From an uncultured Acidobacteriota bacterium (lineage in GTDB: Bacteria; Acidobacteriota; Terriglobia; UBA7540), in assembly GCA_963804995.1 (NCBI GenBank), contig CAWDSK010000006.1, positions 640,001-704,000 of the forward strand: DNA of 64,000 nucleotides, given 5' to 3'. Below the pieces are notes generated by a model that ran no database searches, had not been told where the DNA came from, and was given only the letters and a program-made list of their open reading frames with translations. Positions 42,513 through 53,316 of the stretch are shown one piece after another (within the stretch, counting starts at the first letter, position 1; every line of letters begins with the position of its first letter). The position numbers and the translations under genes are program-made.

Positions 42513-42932
42513 ATGGCAACCCAACGCACGCTGACCATCATCAAACCCGACGCCGTCGCCGCCGGGCACATTGGCGACATCATCAAAATCCTCGAGTCTA
42601 ACCAGTTCAAGATCGTCGCGGCGCGCCTGGTGAATCTCAGCAAGAAGGAAGCCGAGGGCTTCTATGCCGTTCACCGCAGCAAAGGTTTTTTTGAGAGCCT
42701 GACCGGCTTCATGAGCTCAGGCAGCGCGCTGGTAATGGTTCTGGAAGGCGAGAACATCATCGCCCGCCTGCGCGAAGTGATGGGCGCAACCAATCCCGCC
42801 AATGCCGCACCGGGAACGATCCGCAAGCTCTACGCCACCAACATTGAGCGCAACTGCGTGCATGGCTCCGACGCACCGGAAACCGCCGCCTACGAAATCG
42901 GCTACTTCTTCCCGGGCATTGCTCTCGTTTAG
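42513..42932 (+). CDS. ndk: Nucleoside diphosphate kinase
   Basis: [22 protein letters not shown]. Confidence 0.97.
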   Translation: MATQRTLTIIKPDAVAAGHIGDIIKILESNQFKIVAARLVNLSKKEAEGFYAVHRSKGFFESLTGFMSSGSALVMVLEGENIIARLREVMGATNPANAAPGTIRKLYATNIERNCVHGSDAPETAAYEIGYFFPGIALV

Positions 42933-43112
42933 CGACAATCAAGAATACACCGCAGAGGCGCTGAGCCGCTGAGACTGAAAAGAAAGGATGCAAGATTCAG
43001 GCCATAATTCCTGAATCCTGTGCCCCTGCGCTGAGCCTCCGCGTCTCTGCGGTGACAAGCAGCTTGTTCCCGCGCTTGACAACCGCACGCCCCCCGGCGA
43101 CCATAAAAGAGG

Positions 43113-43358
43113 ATGAGCAGCGCGCTTCCTTTTCAATTAGGACGGTTTCTGGTGGTTGCGGGCGTAGCCCTGGTGGCGCTGGGGCTGCTCCTCATGGCGG
43201 GATCAAAGTTCTCGTTCCTCGGCCTCGGGCGGCTTCCCGGAGATCTTGCCTACAAGGGAAAGAACTTCCAATTCTATTTTCCGATCGTGACCTGCCTGGT
43301 GCTGAGCGCGGTCGTGACGCTGCTCCTGTGGGCGGTTTCCTGGTCGACGCGGAAATAA
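43113..43358 (+). CDS. DUF2905 family membrane protein
   Basis: LGRLPGD, FYFPIVTC. Confidence 0.88.
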   Translation: MSSALPFQLGRFLVVAGVALVALGLLLMAGSKFSFLGLGRLPGDLAYKGKNFQFYFPIVTCLVLSAVVTLLLWAVSWSTRK

Positions 43359-43425
43359 AACAAGTTTTCAATTATCAGCGTTCTATCCCCTAGGTGCTCA
43401 ACTGAAAACTGACGACTGAGAACTG

Positions 43426-44796
43426 ATGACCTTTCCCATGTCCCAACCTTCTCTCAATTTCGGTCCCGTGCGGAAGATTTACAGTGTCACGGAACTGAGT
43501 CTCGAAATCCGCAACCTTCTGGAGAAGCAATTTCCCAACGTCTGGGTGACCGGCGAAGTGTCAAACTTGCGCGCCGCCGGCTCCGGTCATCTCTATTTCA
43601 CGCTCAAGGATGAATCCGCCCAACTCCGCGCCGTGTGCTTTCGCAATCAGGTACGGTATTTGAAATTCAAGCCGCAGGACGGACTGGCAGTGATTGCGCG
43701 CGGGCGATTGGGCGTATACGAAACGCGCGGTGAATACCAGCTTTACGTCGAGTTCCTGGAGCCGGCGGGCCTGGGAGCGCTGCAGCTCGCCTTTGAGCAA
43801 CTGAAACAAAAGCTCGCAGCGGAAGGTTTGTTTGACTCAGCGCGCAAGAAGCCTCTCCCCGTGCTGCCGCACAGGATCGGCGTAGTCACTTCACCCACCG
43901 GCGCCGTCATCCAGGATATTCTGCGCATTCTGCGCCGGCGCTTCCGCAATATGAATGTGCTGCTCTATCCCGTGAAGGTTCAGGGCGAGGGCGCGGCCGA
44001 GGAAATCGCGCAGGGCATCGAGCACTTCAACCGCCGCGCGCCGGTTGAAGTGATGATCGTGGGACGGGGCGGCGGCTCGATGGAAGACCTGTGGGCGTTC
44101 AATGAGGAGGTGGTGGCGCGAGCCATTGCCGCTTCGCGGATTCCCATCATCTCTGCCGTGGGCCACGAAACGGATTTCACCATCGCGGATTTCGTGGCCG
44201 ACTTGCGTGCGCCTACACCGTCAGCGGCAGCCGAACTCGTCGTGCACCGCAAGCAGGATTTCGTTGCCGACATTGAGAACCGCGTACGCCGCATGGCGCA
44301 GATCTTGCGTTTGCGGCTTTCCCAAGCGCGCCAGGCGCTGACCGAACTGAGGATGAACCAGGTTTTCCAGACCCTCGCGACGCGCCTCGCTGAGCAGGCT
44401 CAGCGCGTGGACGAAGCCGTGGCTGCGCTCGACCGCCTGATGCGCTCGAGCCTGCACACGGCGCGGCAGGAATGGCTGCGCGTGTCGGCGGGCGTGGTGC
44501 GCTACGACTTCCGGCGCCTGCTCAACCTGCGGCGCGCCAAGCTCGCCGAACGCGAGCGTCTCTTCGAAAACGATTTCCGGCGATTCCTTACGGAGAGGCG
44601 CAATCGCCTGGTGCAGATCGAGGCGATATTGAAAGAACGCAGTCCACAGAGGATTCTCGAACGGGGCTACTCGATCACGCGCGACGCGGAAGGAAGAATC
44701 GTACGGGACGCCGCGCAGGTGGCGATTGGGGCGGATGTTTCCATTCGCCTCGCCCGGGGTGAGCTGGGAGCGAGCGTCAAAGACCGGAAGTTGTAG
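43426..44796 (+). CDS. xseA: Exodeoxyribonuclease VII large subunit
   Basis: [44 protein letters not shown]. Confidence 0.97.
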   Translation: MTFPMSQPSLNFGPVRKIYSVTELSLEIRNLLEKQFPNVWVTGEVSNLRAAGSGHLYFTLKDESAQLRAVCFRNQVRYLKFKPQDGLAVIARGRLGVYETRGEYQLYVEFLEPAGLGALQLAFEQLKQKLAAEGLFDSARKKPLPVLPHRIGVVTSPTGAVIQDILRILRRRFRNMNVLLYPVKVQGEGAAEEIAQGIEHFNRRAPVEVMIVGRGGGSMEDLWAFNEEVVARAIAASRIPIISAVGHETDFTIADFVADLRAPTPSAAAELVVHRKQDFVADIENRVRRMAQILRLRLSQARQALTELRMNQVFQTLATRLAEQAQRVDEAVAALDRLMRSSLHTARQEWLRVSAGVVRYDFRRLLNLRRAKLAERERLFENDFRRFLTERRNRLVQIEAILKERSPQRILERGYSITRDAEGRIVRDAAQVAIGADVSIRLARGELGASVKDRKL

Positions 44797-44804
44797 GGAA
44801 TCCC

Positions 44805-45797
44805 CTACTTGCCCTTCTTAGCAAGCGCCAACTGCATGCGGACGCGGCGGGCATCCGCAAAGCGAGTTAACTTACCGTCAGCATCCAGAAAAATCATAAT
44901 CACGGGCCGGTCGTCCAGATTTACCCGCATCACCAGGCAGCGGCCCGCCTCATTGGTGAATCCCGTCTTCTGAATCTGAATGTCCCAATCGGGACGGCCC
45001 ACCAGCCGGTTGGAGTTGACGTAGGGGAGGACATGCTTGCCAATCTGCACGTCCCGCCCCGGGTCCGTCGAAAACTCCCGAATGAGGGGATACTGAAAAG
45101 CGGCTTGAACGAGTTTGACCAGGTCGAAAGCGGTCGACACATTTTCGTTAGTAAGACCGTTGGGGTTAACGAAATGCGTATGACTCATCCCCAAATCAGC
45201 GGCCTTCGCGTTCATGGCCGCGATAAAAGCCGGGCGCCCGCCGGTGTAATAGCGGCTCAGGGTGGCGGCGGCGCGATTTTCCGATGACATCAGCGCCAGG
45301 TGCAGCATATCTTCGCGGCTGAGCGACCACCCGACATTGAGGCGGGAGGTCGTCCCCATCACCTTGTCGCGGTCGTCATCGCTGATCGTGAGCGTCTCCT
45401 CCAGGGGCTGCTTCGCGTCCAGCGCGACCATCGCGGTCATCAACTTGGTGATGGAAGCGATGGGAACAACCTTGTCCGCATTCTTCTCGAGCAGCACTTC
45501 AGAAGTGTTGGCGTCTTCCACCAACGCGATTCTCGATCGCACCACCGGGGCAGACTGTGCCGCGTGTGGGTGAGAAGGCTTGGTCGTGGGCAGCGTCGTG
45601 GAGGCCGGGTGAGCAGGAGAGGTCGGCGCTGCTATCCGCGCGGTATCAGCGCTTTGGGCAGCGGGCGCGAGTCCGGGAGCGGCATACGCATCATGACAAG
45701 AAAAAGTGAGCTGAAAACCCGCCAGAGTAATCCAAGCGGCGGCAAGCGATGCGCAGATGCGTTGGGCCCAATGCATGTTTCGCGAAGCAGAAACCAT
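44805..45797 (-). CDS. pbpG: D-alanyl-D-alanine endopeptidase (PBP7-like, peptidase S11)
   Basis: ASITK (SxxK), SEN (SxN), KTG. Confidence 0.88.
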   Translation of the reverse strand: MVSASRNMHWAQRICASLAAAWITLAGFQLTFSCHDAYAAPGLAPAAQSADTARIAAPTSPAHPASTTLPTTKPSHPHAAQSAPVVRSRIALVEDANTSEVLLEKNADKVVPIASITKLMTAMVALDAKQPLEETLTISDDDRDKVMGTTSRLNVGWSLSREDMLHLALMSSENRAAATLSRYYTGGRPAFIAAMNAKAADLGMSHTHFVNPNGLTNENVSTAFDLVKLVQAAFQYPLIREFSTDPGRDVQIGKHVLPYVNSNRLVGRPDWDIQIQKTGFTNEAGRCLVMRVNLDDRPVIMIFLDADGKLTRFADARRVRMQLALAKKGK

Positions 45798-46225
45798 TCT
45801 ACATCACGAAACCGGTTGCCCGCGCACGGAAACTCTGCCTTGCCAGCCCATTCAGGCTTTATATTTCAGCAAGAATTTTGTGCCGGTATTCCGGAAGTAT
45901 GTTTAGCTCGGGGGCTTGCGGCTCAACCGTGCGGCTCTGCCTGCTTCGAGACTCTGATGTCTCATTCTGGCGAGAATTGGGGTGAGTTCCGGAAGGGCAA
46001 ATCGCTACTTCCGGCTCGAAGGGGGGCGTGGAATTCGGGCTCAGCATGGCGTGCTCTCCGCCTCAACTTTTGTAGGCCCGCGACTTCTTGTCATGGTGGG
46101 ACATGTCCCACTTGTTACCCTCCGCGGGGCATAGCGAGCCAGGTCCCACCAACTTTCCCCGCCGCCCGGCATTTTCATCCTCAGATTTGTACTAGTGATT
46201 TCGTCAAGTTTGACCTACAAAAGCC

Positions 46226-47113
46226 TCAGGCGCGCTGCTTCCCTCGCACGCCAGTGCTCGGGAGCTTCACTGCTGGGGCCGGCGCCGCTTCCGGAGGTGC
46301 AGCATTCGTCCGCGCGCCGCTGAGCCTGATGACCGCAGCGGCAGCGGTGTATCGGACGGTGTCTTTTTCATCGGTCAATCCCCCTTGAATCTCATTCAGA
46401 AGAGCGGGGTCACCGCGCCGCGCAATCGCATCCAACGCCGCTGCACGGACAACCCAACTTTTATCGGAGCAGGATTTCACAAGCGCACGCCCGCTGCGAG
46501 GGTCGGGGTCCTCAGCCAGAACCTTGGCCGCGGCGGCTCGCACCGGCGAGACGTCATCCTTGTGAACAGCTTTCACAACTTCCCATCCCATGCTGGCGAA
46601 GGGCACAAATCCGATGCCCTCCTCAAATCCTAGCTGCGCTAACTTTTTTCGGTCGCGCAATATTTTCTCCTGATCCGCTATCAGGCCTGGTCCGCTTTTG
46701 CGTTCGCCCAGCAGAATCTCGTAATAAAGTTCGAACGCCTCTTTATCCTGAATGGTCCGCAGGGAGTGAGCGGCCGCCAGCGCCACGGATACTTCCTTGT
46801 CGTTGAGCATGTGCTCGAGCTTCGGGGCTGATGAAGTCGATTGCATCTGCCCCAGCGCTGTTGCCGCCGCCACGCGGACTTCCGGCGCCGGATCGGCAAG
46901 GGCGTTTTCAGCCATGTCCACGGCCTTGGCGTCGCCCGGCAGCAGCCCTAGTACTTGAATGGCTTGGGAGCGCTTGGCAAAAGCCTTTTCCTTCGCGCCT
47001 GCATCGAGGATATCCCAGGCCTTCTGCTGTACCGTCGGATCGACTGCGGAGGCCGAACCCGCAAGAAGCGCAGTGAACAGCACGGCGAAACAGATTCGCG
47101 TAGGAGGCTGCAT
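46226..47113 (-). CDS. Exported HEAT-repeat protein
   Basis: Signal peptide; repeated DxxxxVRxAAAxAL motifs. Confidence 0.85.
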   Translation of the reverse strand: MQPPTRICFAVLFTALLAGSASAVDPTVQQKAWDILDAGAKEKAFAKRSQAIQVLGLLPGDAKAVDMAENALADPAPEVRVAAATALGQMQSTSSAPKLEHMLNDKEVSVALAAAHSLRTIQDKEAFELYYEILLGERKSGPGLIADQEKILRDRKKLAQLGFEEGIGFVPFASMGWEVVKAVHKDDVSPVRAAAAKVLAEDPDPRSGRALVKSCSDKSWVVRAAALDAIARRGDPALLNEIQGGLTDEKDTVRYTAAAAVIRLSGARTNAAPPEAAPAPAVKLPSTGVRGKQRA

Positions 47114-47330
47114 AGTTATAGGGTTTCCTTCCCCGAAAGGATCTCTACTATTGTCGCTCAACTTCCAAGAGAAATCCACTCCTACAGCGATCGCACACTT
47201 CTCCCAGCAGCCTTCCGAGGGTTCGAGATTGCGTTGCTTTCGCGGAAGGCAACCCGTAAACTTCAAGCTCTGGCAATTTACACGCCACAGCAGACAAGCG
47301 ATCAAAACAACGTGGGAGGGAACGTCTTTA

Positions 47331-48356
47331 ATGAAAGCACTCGTTAAGAGCAAGAGAGAACCAGGACTCTGGTTGGACGAAATCGAAGTCCCCAAAATCG
47401 GCATCAACGACGTGTTGATCCGCGTACACCGCACCGGAATCTGCGGCACGGACCTCCACATCTACCGCTGGGATGACTGGGCGCAGAAAACCATTCCCGT
47501 TCCCATGGCGATTGGGCATGAATTCGTAGGTGAAATAGTTGAAGTGGGCGCGAATGTCTCCGACTTCTTCCCGGGCGACATTGTGAGTGGTGAAGGCCAC
47601 GTGGTGTGTGGGCGGTGCCGGAACTGCCTGGCGGGCCGTCGTCACCTCTGCGCTCGAACGGCAGGGGTGGGCGTTAACAGGCCCGGAGCGTTCGCCGAGT
47701 ATATCGCTTTGCCCATGACCAACCTCTGGCGCCATCACCCGTCCATCGGAGAGGACATTGGCGCGATCTTTGACCCCTTCGGGAACGCCGTCCACACGGC
47801 GCTTGCCTTCCCGGTGCTGGGCGAGGATGTACTCATTACTGGCGCGGGCCCCATCGGCTTGATGGCGGCGGCAGTGGTGAAACATGCTGGCGCCCGCTTC
47901 GTGGTGATTACGGACGTCAATCCCTTCCGGCTTGAGATTGCCAAGAAGTTGGGCGTAACGGTGGCGCTGGATGTGCGGGAAGGCAATCTCCGCGATGTGC
48001 AGAAGAAACTGGGAATGGCCGAGGGCTTCGACGTAGGCCTCGAAATGTCTGGTAACGCGGCCGGGTTCCGGGACATGCTTGCCAATATGTGCCATGGAGC
48101 AAAGATCGCCATGCTTGGCATTCCCACAGCGGAAGTGGCGATCGATTGGAATACCGTTATCTTTAATATGCTTACCATAAGAGGTATTTATGGACGCGAG
48201 ATGTATGACACTTGGTATAAGATGACAGTGATGGTACAATCCGGGCTGGATATTTCCCCCGTCATCACTCACCGCTTCCATTATGAAGAATTCCGGAAAG
48301 GCTTTGAGATCATGGACACCGGCCAGTCTGCCAAGGTCATTCTGAACTGGACCTAA
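47331..48356 (+). CDS. tdh: L-threonine 3-dehydrogenase
   Basis: [51 protein letters not shown]. Confidence 0.95.
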   Translation: MKALVKSKREPGLWLDEIEVPKIGINDVLIRVHRTGICGTDLHIYRWDDWAQKTIPVPMAIGHEFVGEIVEVGANVSDFFPGDIVSGEGHVVCGRCRNCLAGRRHLCARTAGVGVNRPGAFAEYIALPMTNLWRHHPSIGEDIGAIFDPFGNAVHTALAFPVLGEDVLITGAGPIGLMAAAVVKHAGARFVVITDVNPFRLEIAKKLGVTVALDVREGNLRDVQKKLGMAEGFDVGLEMSGNAAGFRDMLANMCHGAKIAMLGIPTAEVAIDWNTVIFNMLTIRGIYGREMYDTWYKMTVMVQSGLDISPVITHRFHYEEFRKGFEIMDTGQSAKVILNWT

Positions 48357-48429
48357 ACTCCGCCTCTTACGAGCTCTGCCGGGGCAGTAAGAACAAAGCA
48401 CGAGGGCGAGTTCAAGCCTCCCCAAACCA

Positions 48430-49251
48430 ATGCCGATGCCCATTCCACAAGCGAGCGATATCACGGCTGTGATCAGTAACATTCCCTACCGGTTGGCTCT
48501 GGCAGGAGGCTGGATCGACCAGCCGTTTGTTTCCATGCACAACCCCACTCCGCCGGGATCGATGGTGGTGGTGGGGATCGAGCCCACCTTCCGCTTCATG
48601 GACCGAAGTGGCATGGCGACCAGCACGCGTGAAGTCGCGCGGAAACTGTGGAGTGGTGCGTTGCCCGAACAAGACCCGCGGGAGTTGGTTCGCATCCTGT
48701 ACGAAGCGGAGAATCAAGGCAAGGCCGCACCTTCCGGCTCGCAGGACATGCTGGGCCTGATTATTCCCGGCATCAGCCGCCTCAACTACGATTTCGCCTG
48801 CGAGGGCGGTTACTTCCCTGCACACATCGAAACCAACCATGACCCTGCGGTCGCCCATTGGCTGGAGGGCGTCCTGCATCTTCTCCCCGTCGCCCCGCGC
48901 CCAGAGCGTTATAGTCCACTCAACGAGAAGCGTTTGGATAAGGATTGGATCCGCCGCCTGGGCCAATCCGGAAAAGATTGTTACGCAGCGATCCTGGCAA
49001 AGGACGCGGGCGCGCTCGGCGCGTCCCTGAACGAATGCATGAAATGCTGGGAGGCTATCCTTCCCTGCACCGTCCGGCATCCGGCAATCACCGTCGACTT
49101 GATGGCGATTCTTGCCTATTACCAATCCCGTTATGCAGGCGCGATGTACTCCGGCTGCGGTGGCGGATACCTTTACGTAGTGTCGGAGGAACCCGTCGCC
49201 GGTTCGATTCGTGTACAAGTCAGGCTCGCTCCGGCAAGCGGCAAAGAATGA
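48430..49251 (+). CDS. GHMP-kinase-like protein
   Basis: PYRLALAGGWID, RSGMATST, SGSQD, YSGCGGGY. Confidence 0.8.
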   Translation: MPMPIPQASDITAVISNIPYRLALAGGWIDQPFVSMHNPTPPGSMVVVGIEPTFRFMDRSGMATSTREVARKLWSGALPEQDPRELVRILYEAENQGKAAPSGSQDMLGLIIPGISRLNYDFACEGGYFPAHIETNHDPAVAHWLEGVLHLLPVAPRPERYSPLNEKRLDKDWIRRLGQSGKDCYAAILAKDAGALGASLNECMKCWEAILPCTVRHPAITVDLMAILAYYQSRYAGAMYSGCGGGYLYVVSEEPVAGSIRVQVRLAPASGKE

Positions 49252-50069
49252 AAATCGTCGCGGTTACTGGAAGTTTTGACAACCTGCGGTCGAAAGCTGT
49301 CCGATTTTCTCAGGAGGCCTCGAAGGGGGGAGATCTGCACGTAGGATTGTGGTCAGATGAAACCGTGCAAGCCATCGAAGGCAAATGCCCGAAATTCCCG
49401 GAGCGAGAACGATTGTATCTCTTGCAGGCCCTGCGCTACGTCCACCAGGTGACGGTTGTGCGGGGAACCATCGAGCGCGAGGTGCTGTCGCAGCTTGATG
49501 CCCTCCGACCCGACCTTTGGATTGTGGATGAGGCCAGCGACACACCCGCCAAGCGCGAACACGCAAAAGCCCGAGGCCTTCAATATCGTGTAATGAGGGA
49601 CGAAGAATTGGGAGGGCTTCCTGTGCCGCCGTTCGAGCCGCCAGCGACTGATTCAGGACGAAAGCGCGTGATCGTAACGGGCTCGTTTGACTGGTTGCAT
49701 TCCGGGCACGTGAGGTTCTTCGAGGAGGCTTCCGCGTTCGGTAAACTGTATGTTGTGGTGGGGCACGACGCAAACATCAAGCTCCTAAAAGGTCAAGGTC
49801 ACCCCCTGCTTCCGCCGGACGAACGCCTCTACATGGTTCACTCAATTCGCCACGTCCATCAGGCAGTGATTTCAACGGGGCAAGGATGGATGGATGCGGA
49901 ACCGAACATCTACCGGATCAAACCTCACATCTATGTGGTGAATGAAGATGGCGACAGACCTGAAAAGAGAGCATTCTGCGCCGAGCACGCCATCGAATAC
50001 GTGGTGCTGAAACGAATACCCAAGGAAGGCCTTCCGAAAAGGCAAAGCACCGATCTGCGCGGGTTCTGA
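49248..50069 (+). CDS. Tandem cytidylyltransferase-domain protein
   Basis: Degenerate TGSFDNLRSKA, then intact TGSFDWLHSGH (HxGH); C-terminal RQSTDLR. Confidence 0.85.
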   Translation: MKIVAVTGSFDNLRSKAVRFSQEASKGGDLHVGLWSDETVQAIEGKCPKFPERERLYLLQALRYVHQVTVVRGTIEREVLSQLDALRPDLWIVDEASDTPAKREHAKARGLQYRVMRDEELGGLPVPPFEPPATDSGRKRVIVTGSFDWLHSGHVRFFEEASAFGKLYVVVGHDANIKLLKGQGHPLLPPDERLYMVHSIRHVHQAVISTGQGWMDAEPNIYRIKPHIYVVNEDGDRPEKRAFCAEHAIEYVVLKRIPKEGLPKRQSTDLRGF

Positions 50070-50080
50070 TTGGAGACAAC

Positions 50081-51562
50081 TCAGGCCAGGACCTTATCAA
50101 AAACTTCTCCGGCCACATCCGTGAGCCGGAAATAGCGTCCCTGAAACTTATAGGTCAGCCGGGTGTGCTCGATTCCCAGACAATGCAATATGGTCGCTTG
50201 CAAATCGTGAATGTGGACGGGATCTTCGAGGGAGTTGTAAGAGTAGTCGTCGGTCTTGCCAATCTGGATGCCAGGCTTGATACCGCCGCCGGCCATCCAC
50301 ACCGAAAAGCAGCGGGGATGGTGATCGCGGCCATAGTTCGTATCGGTGAGTTTGCCCTGGCAATAGACGGTCCGGCCAAACTCGCCACCCCAGATTACCA
50401 GCGTGTCGTCGAGCATGCCGCGCTGTTTCAAGTCAATGATCAAGGCAGCGGAAGCCTGGTCGACACCCTTGCATTGCAGGGCGATGTCACGCGGCAAGTC
50501 GTTATGCTGGTCCCAGCCGCGATGATAAAGCTGGATAAAGCGTACGCCCCGCTCCGCCAGTCGCCGCGCCAGCAAACAGTTGGCGGCGTAGGTACCGGGC
50601 TTGCGTGAATCGGGCCCGTACAGCTCGAAGATGGACGCCGGTTCTTTCGCGAGGTCCATCAAATCCGGCACGGAGGTCTGCATGCGATAAGCCATCTCGT
50701 ACTGGGCCACGCGGGTGTCAATTTCCGGGTCACCATACTTCTCCGCCAGCAGGCGGTTCAGCTTGCCGACGCCGTCCAACATGCGCCGCCGCGTGGCGGG
50801 AGATATGCCGGGCGGGTTCGAGAGATAAAGCACGGGGTCGCCGCCCGCGCGAAATTTCACCCCCTGATATTTGGAGGGCAGGAAACCATTCCCCCACAAA
50901 CGCGAGAACAGCGGCTGGTCAGGATTGAGGGCCTGAGCTTGGGAAATCATGACCACGAAGGCGGGCAGGTTCTGATTCTCGCTGCCCAGGCCGTAGCTGA
51001 CCCACGCTCCCATGCTGGGGCGCCCGGGCTGCTGGAAGCCGGTTTAAATGAAAGTAATTGCAGGATCGTGATTAATTGCCTCAGTGTAGACGGTCTTGAT
51101 GAGGGCAATATCATCGACAATCTTTGCGTGGTGCGGCAGCAGTTCGCTGAGCATCACGCCGGACTTCCCTGCCGGGCTGAATTTGAAAATGGAGGGCGCG
51201 ACCGGCAAAGTCGATTGGCCGGATGTCATTCCCGTGATGCGTTGGCCCATGCGGATCGAATCCGGCAGGTCCGTGCCCTTCCATTTCGTAAGACTCGGCT
51301 TGGGGTCGAACAGGTCGATTTGCGATGGCGCGCCGGATTGATGCAGGAAAATGACCCGCTTGGCTTTGGGAGGGAAATGCGGCAAGCCGGCCAAACCTCC
51401 CGTCTTGGGATTAATTGCCGAGTCGGCGGCGAAGCCATCTCCCGCCAGCAGCGAGGCAAGCGCCGGAATGCCAATCGCCATGCCCGCGGTGCTGCGCCGG
51501 AAGAAATGGCGCCGGGTCATGCGCAGGCAGAGATCGTGAGGGGTCATGTTTGTTTTATCCAT
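50081..51562 (-). pseudogene. DUF1501 family Tat-exported protein with in-frame TAA at 51044-51046
   Basis: [61 protein letters not shown]. Confidence 0.9.
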
Positions 51563-53316
51563 GGTGCGGCTAATAGCTGTCAGTTATCAGATGTTAGCTG
51601 ATAGCTTTTGGCTGAGAGCTGAGAGCTGACAGCTTCTTTTCCTCATTCTTTCGTAATCGTCTCATCAAGATTCAAAATCATGCTGGCCACAGTCGTCCAC
51701 GCGGCGAGTTCCTGTGGGTTGAGCTTCGGGTCGCTTCTGGAATCGCCGACGGCCAGCAGTTTCGGCGCTTGTTCGCGATGTAGGCGATAGTCCGCCAGGG
51801 CTTGCTGAACGGCCTCCACCAGCACCGCGCGTTCCTGGGAGTCAGGCTCCCGGCCCGTGGCCATGCGGAACGCAAAGTTAATCCGCTGGGTTGTAGATTT
51901 CCCGCCCTGGGTGAGTATCCTCGCCGCCAGAAAGCGCGCGGCTTCAACGTAGGTGGGATCATTCATCAGCACCAGCGCCTGGAGAGGCGTGTTGGTCGCG
52001 GTGCGGCGCGCTGTACATTTCTCGCGATCGGGCGCGTCAAAGGTAACCATTTGCGGGGGCGGCACGGTGCGTTTCCAAATCGTGTACATGCTGCGGCGGT
52101 AAAGGTCGCGCCCAGTTGATGGCACGTAAACTTGCCCGGTATAACCTTGGCCGAGAGCCATCTCCTCCCACAGACCCTTGGGCTGGTAGGGAGAAACGCT
52201 GGGCCCGCCAATGTGGTCATCCAGCAGGCCGCTGATGGCAAGGGCGTTATCGCGGACGAGTTCAGCGGGCAAGCGGAATCGCGGGCCGCGAGCCAACAGC
52301 CGATTCTCCGGATCACGCTCCGCCAGTTCAGGGGTCACGCGGGAGGACTGCCGATAGGTGGCCGAAGTCACAATCAGCCGCTGCATGGCTTTAACATTCC
52401 ATCCCGTGCGAATGAATTCCGTGGCCAGCCAATCAAGCAGTTGCGGGTGACTGGGCCGTTCCCCCTGGGAGCCGAAATCCTCCGCGGTCTTCACGATGCC
52501 GGTCCCGAAGTAGCTCTGCCAGAAATGATTCACCGCCACGCGCGCGGTCAGAGGATTTCCGGGATCCACGAACCACTTCGCCAGTCCCAACCGATTCATC
52601 GGCAGTCCAGGCGCCATAGGCGGCAGGAAGGCGGGCACATTAGGCGTGACCTTTTCCTGGCGGTTGTCGTACTGCCCACGGCCCAGCACAAACGTATCGC
52701 GCGGTTTCTTCATCTCCGCCATGATCATGACGGTGGGGATGGATTTTACGAGCTTGGCCTTTTCCTCGCGTGCGGTTTTCAGTTGCGCATAGAGCTGGCG
52801 GTCCTTCTGCGCCGCCCCATAAGTAAGGAAATACTCGCTCAGCCGGGTCTGGTGGCCTTCCTCCAGGCTCTTTTCGCTCTCTTCCTTGGTCTTGGCTTTT
52901 TCGAGCTCACCCACCTGGGGTTCTTCCGGCTCCTTCTCAGGCTGGAGCAGCGTGATGTGCTGGGCCGGCCGTCCTGCCAATTCTCCCAGCAGCGAGCGGG
53001 CCGGCACGCGGATGGCAATATCCTCAGCGTCGTGGTCGGTCAGGACGCGGTCGTAAACTCGCAAGTCATCCAAGCGGCCTTCGAAAGGTGTGCCCAGGTT
53101 CTTGTTGCCGACTTCCATTGTCGAGGAAGTCCGAAGACTTCCCGTCAGGTGGTCCTTCAAGATTTCCGCCTCCACCGGTTTGCCGTCAACATAGAAACTG
53201 ATGCCCGCGGCCTTTCCCGAGCCGTCGTAGTTAACCAGCAAATGGCGCTGCGAAACCGTCTCAATACGTTGCTTGGTTCGGACCTCAATCGCCTGATCGG
53301 GCCAGTGGCTGGCCAA

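Noticed and set aside
45880..46060. c-di-AMP riboswitch upstream of pbpG
   Set aside because: Only a TTGGGGTGA fragment on the wrong strand; the other conserved elements were not found.
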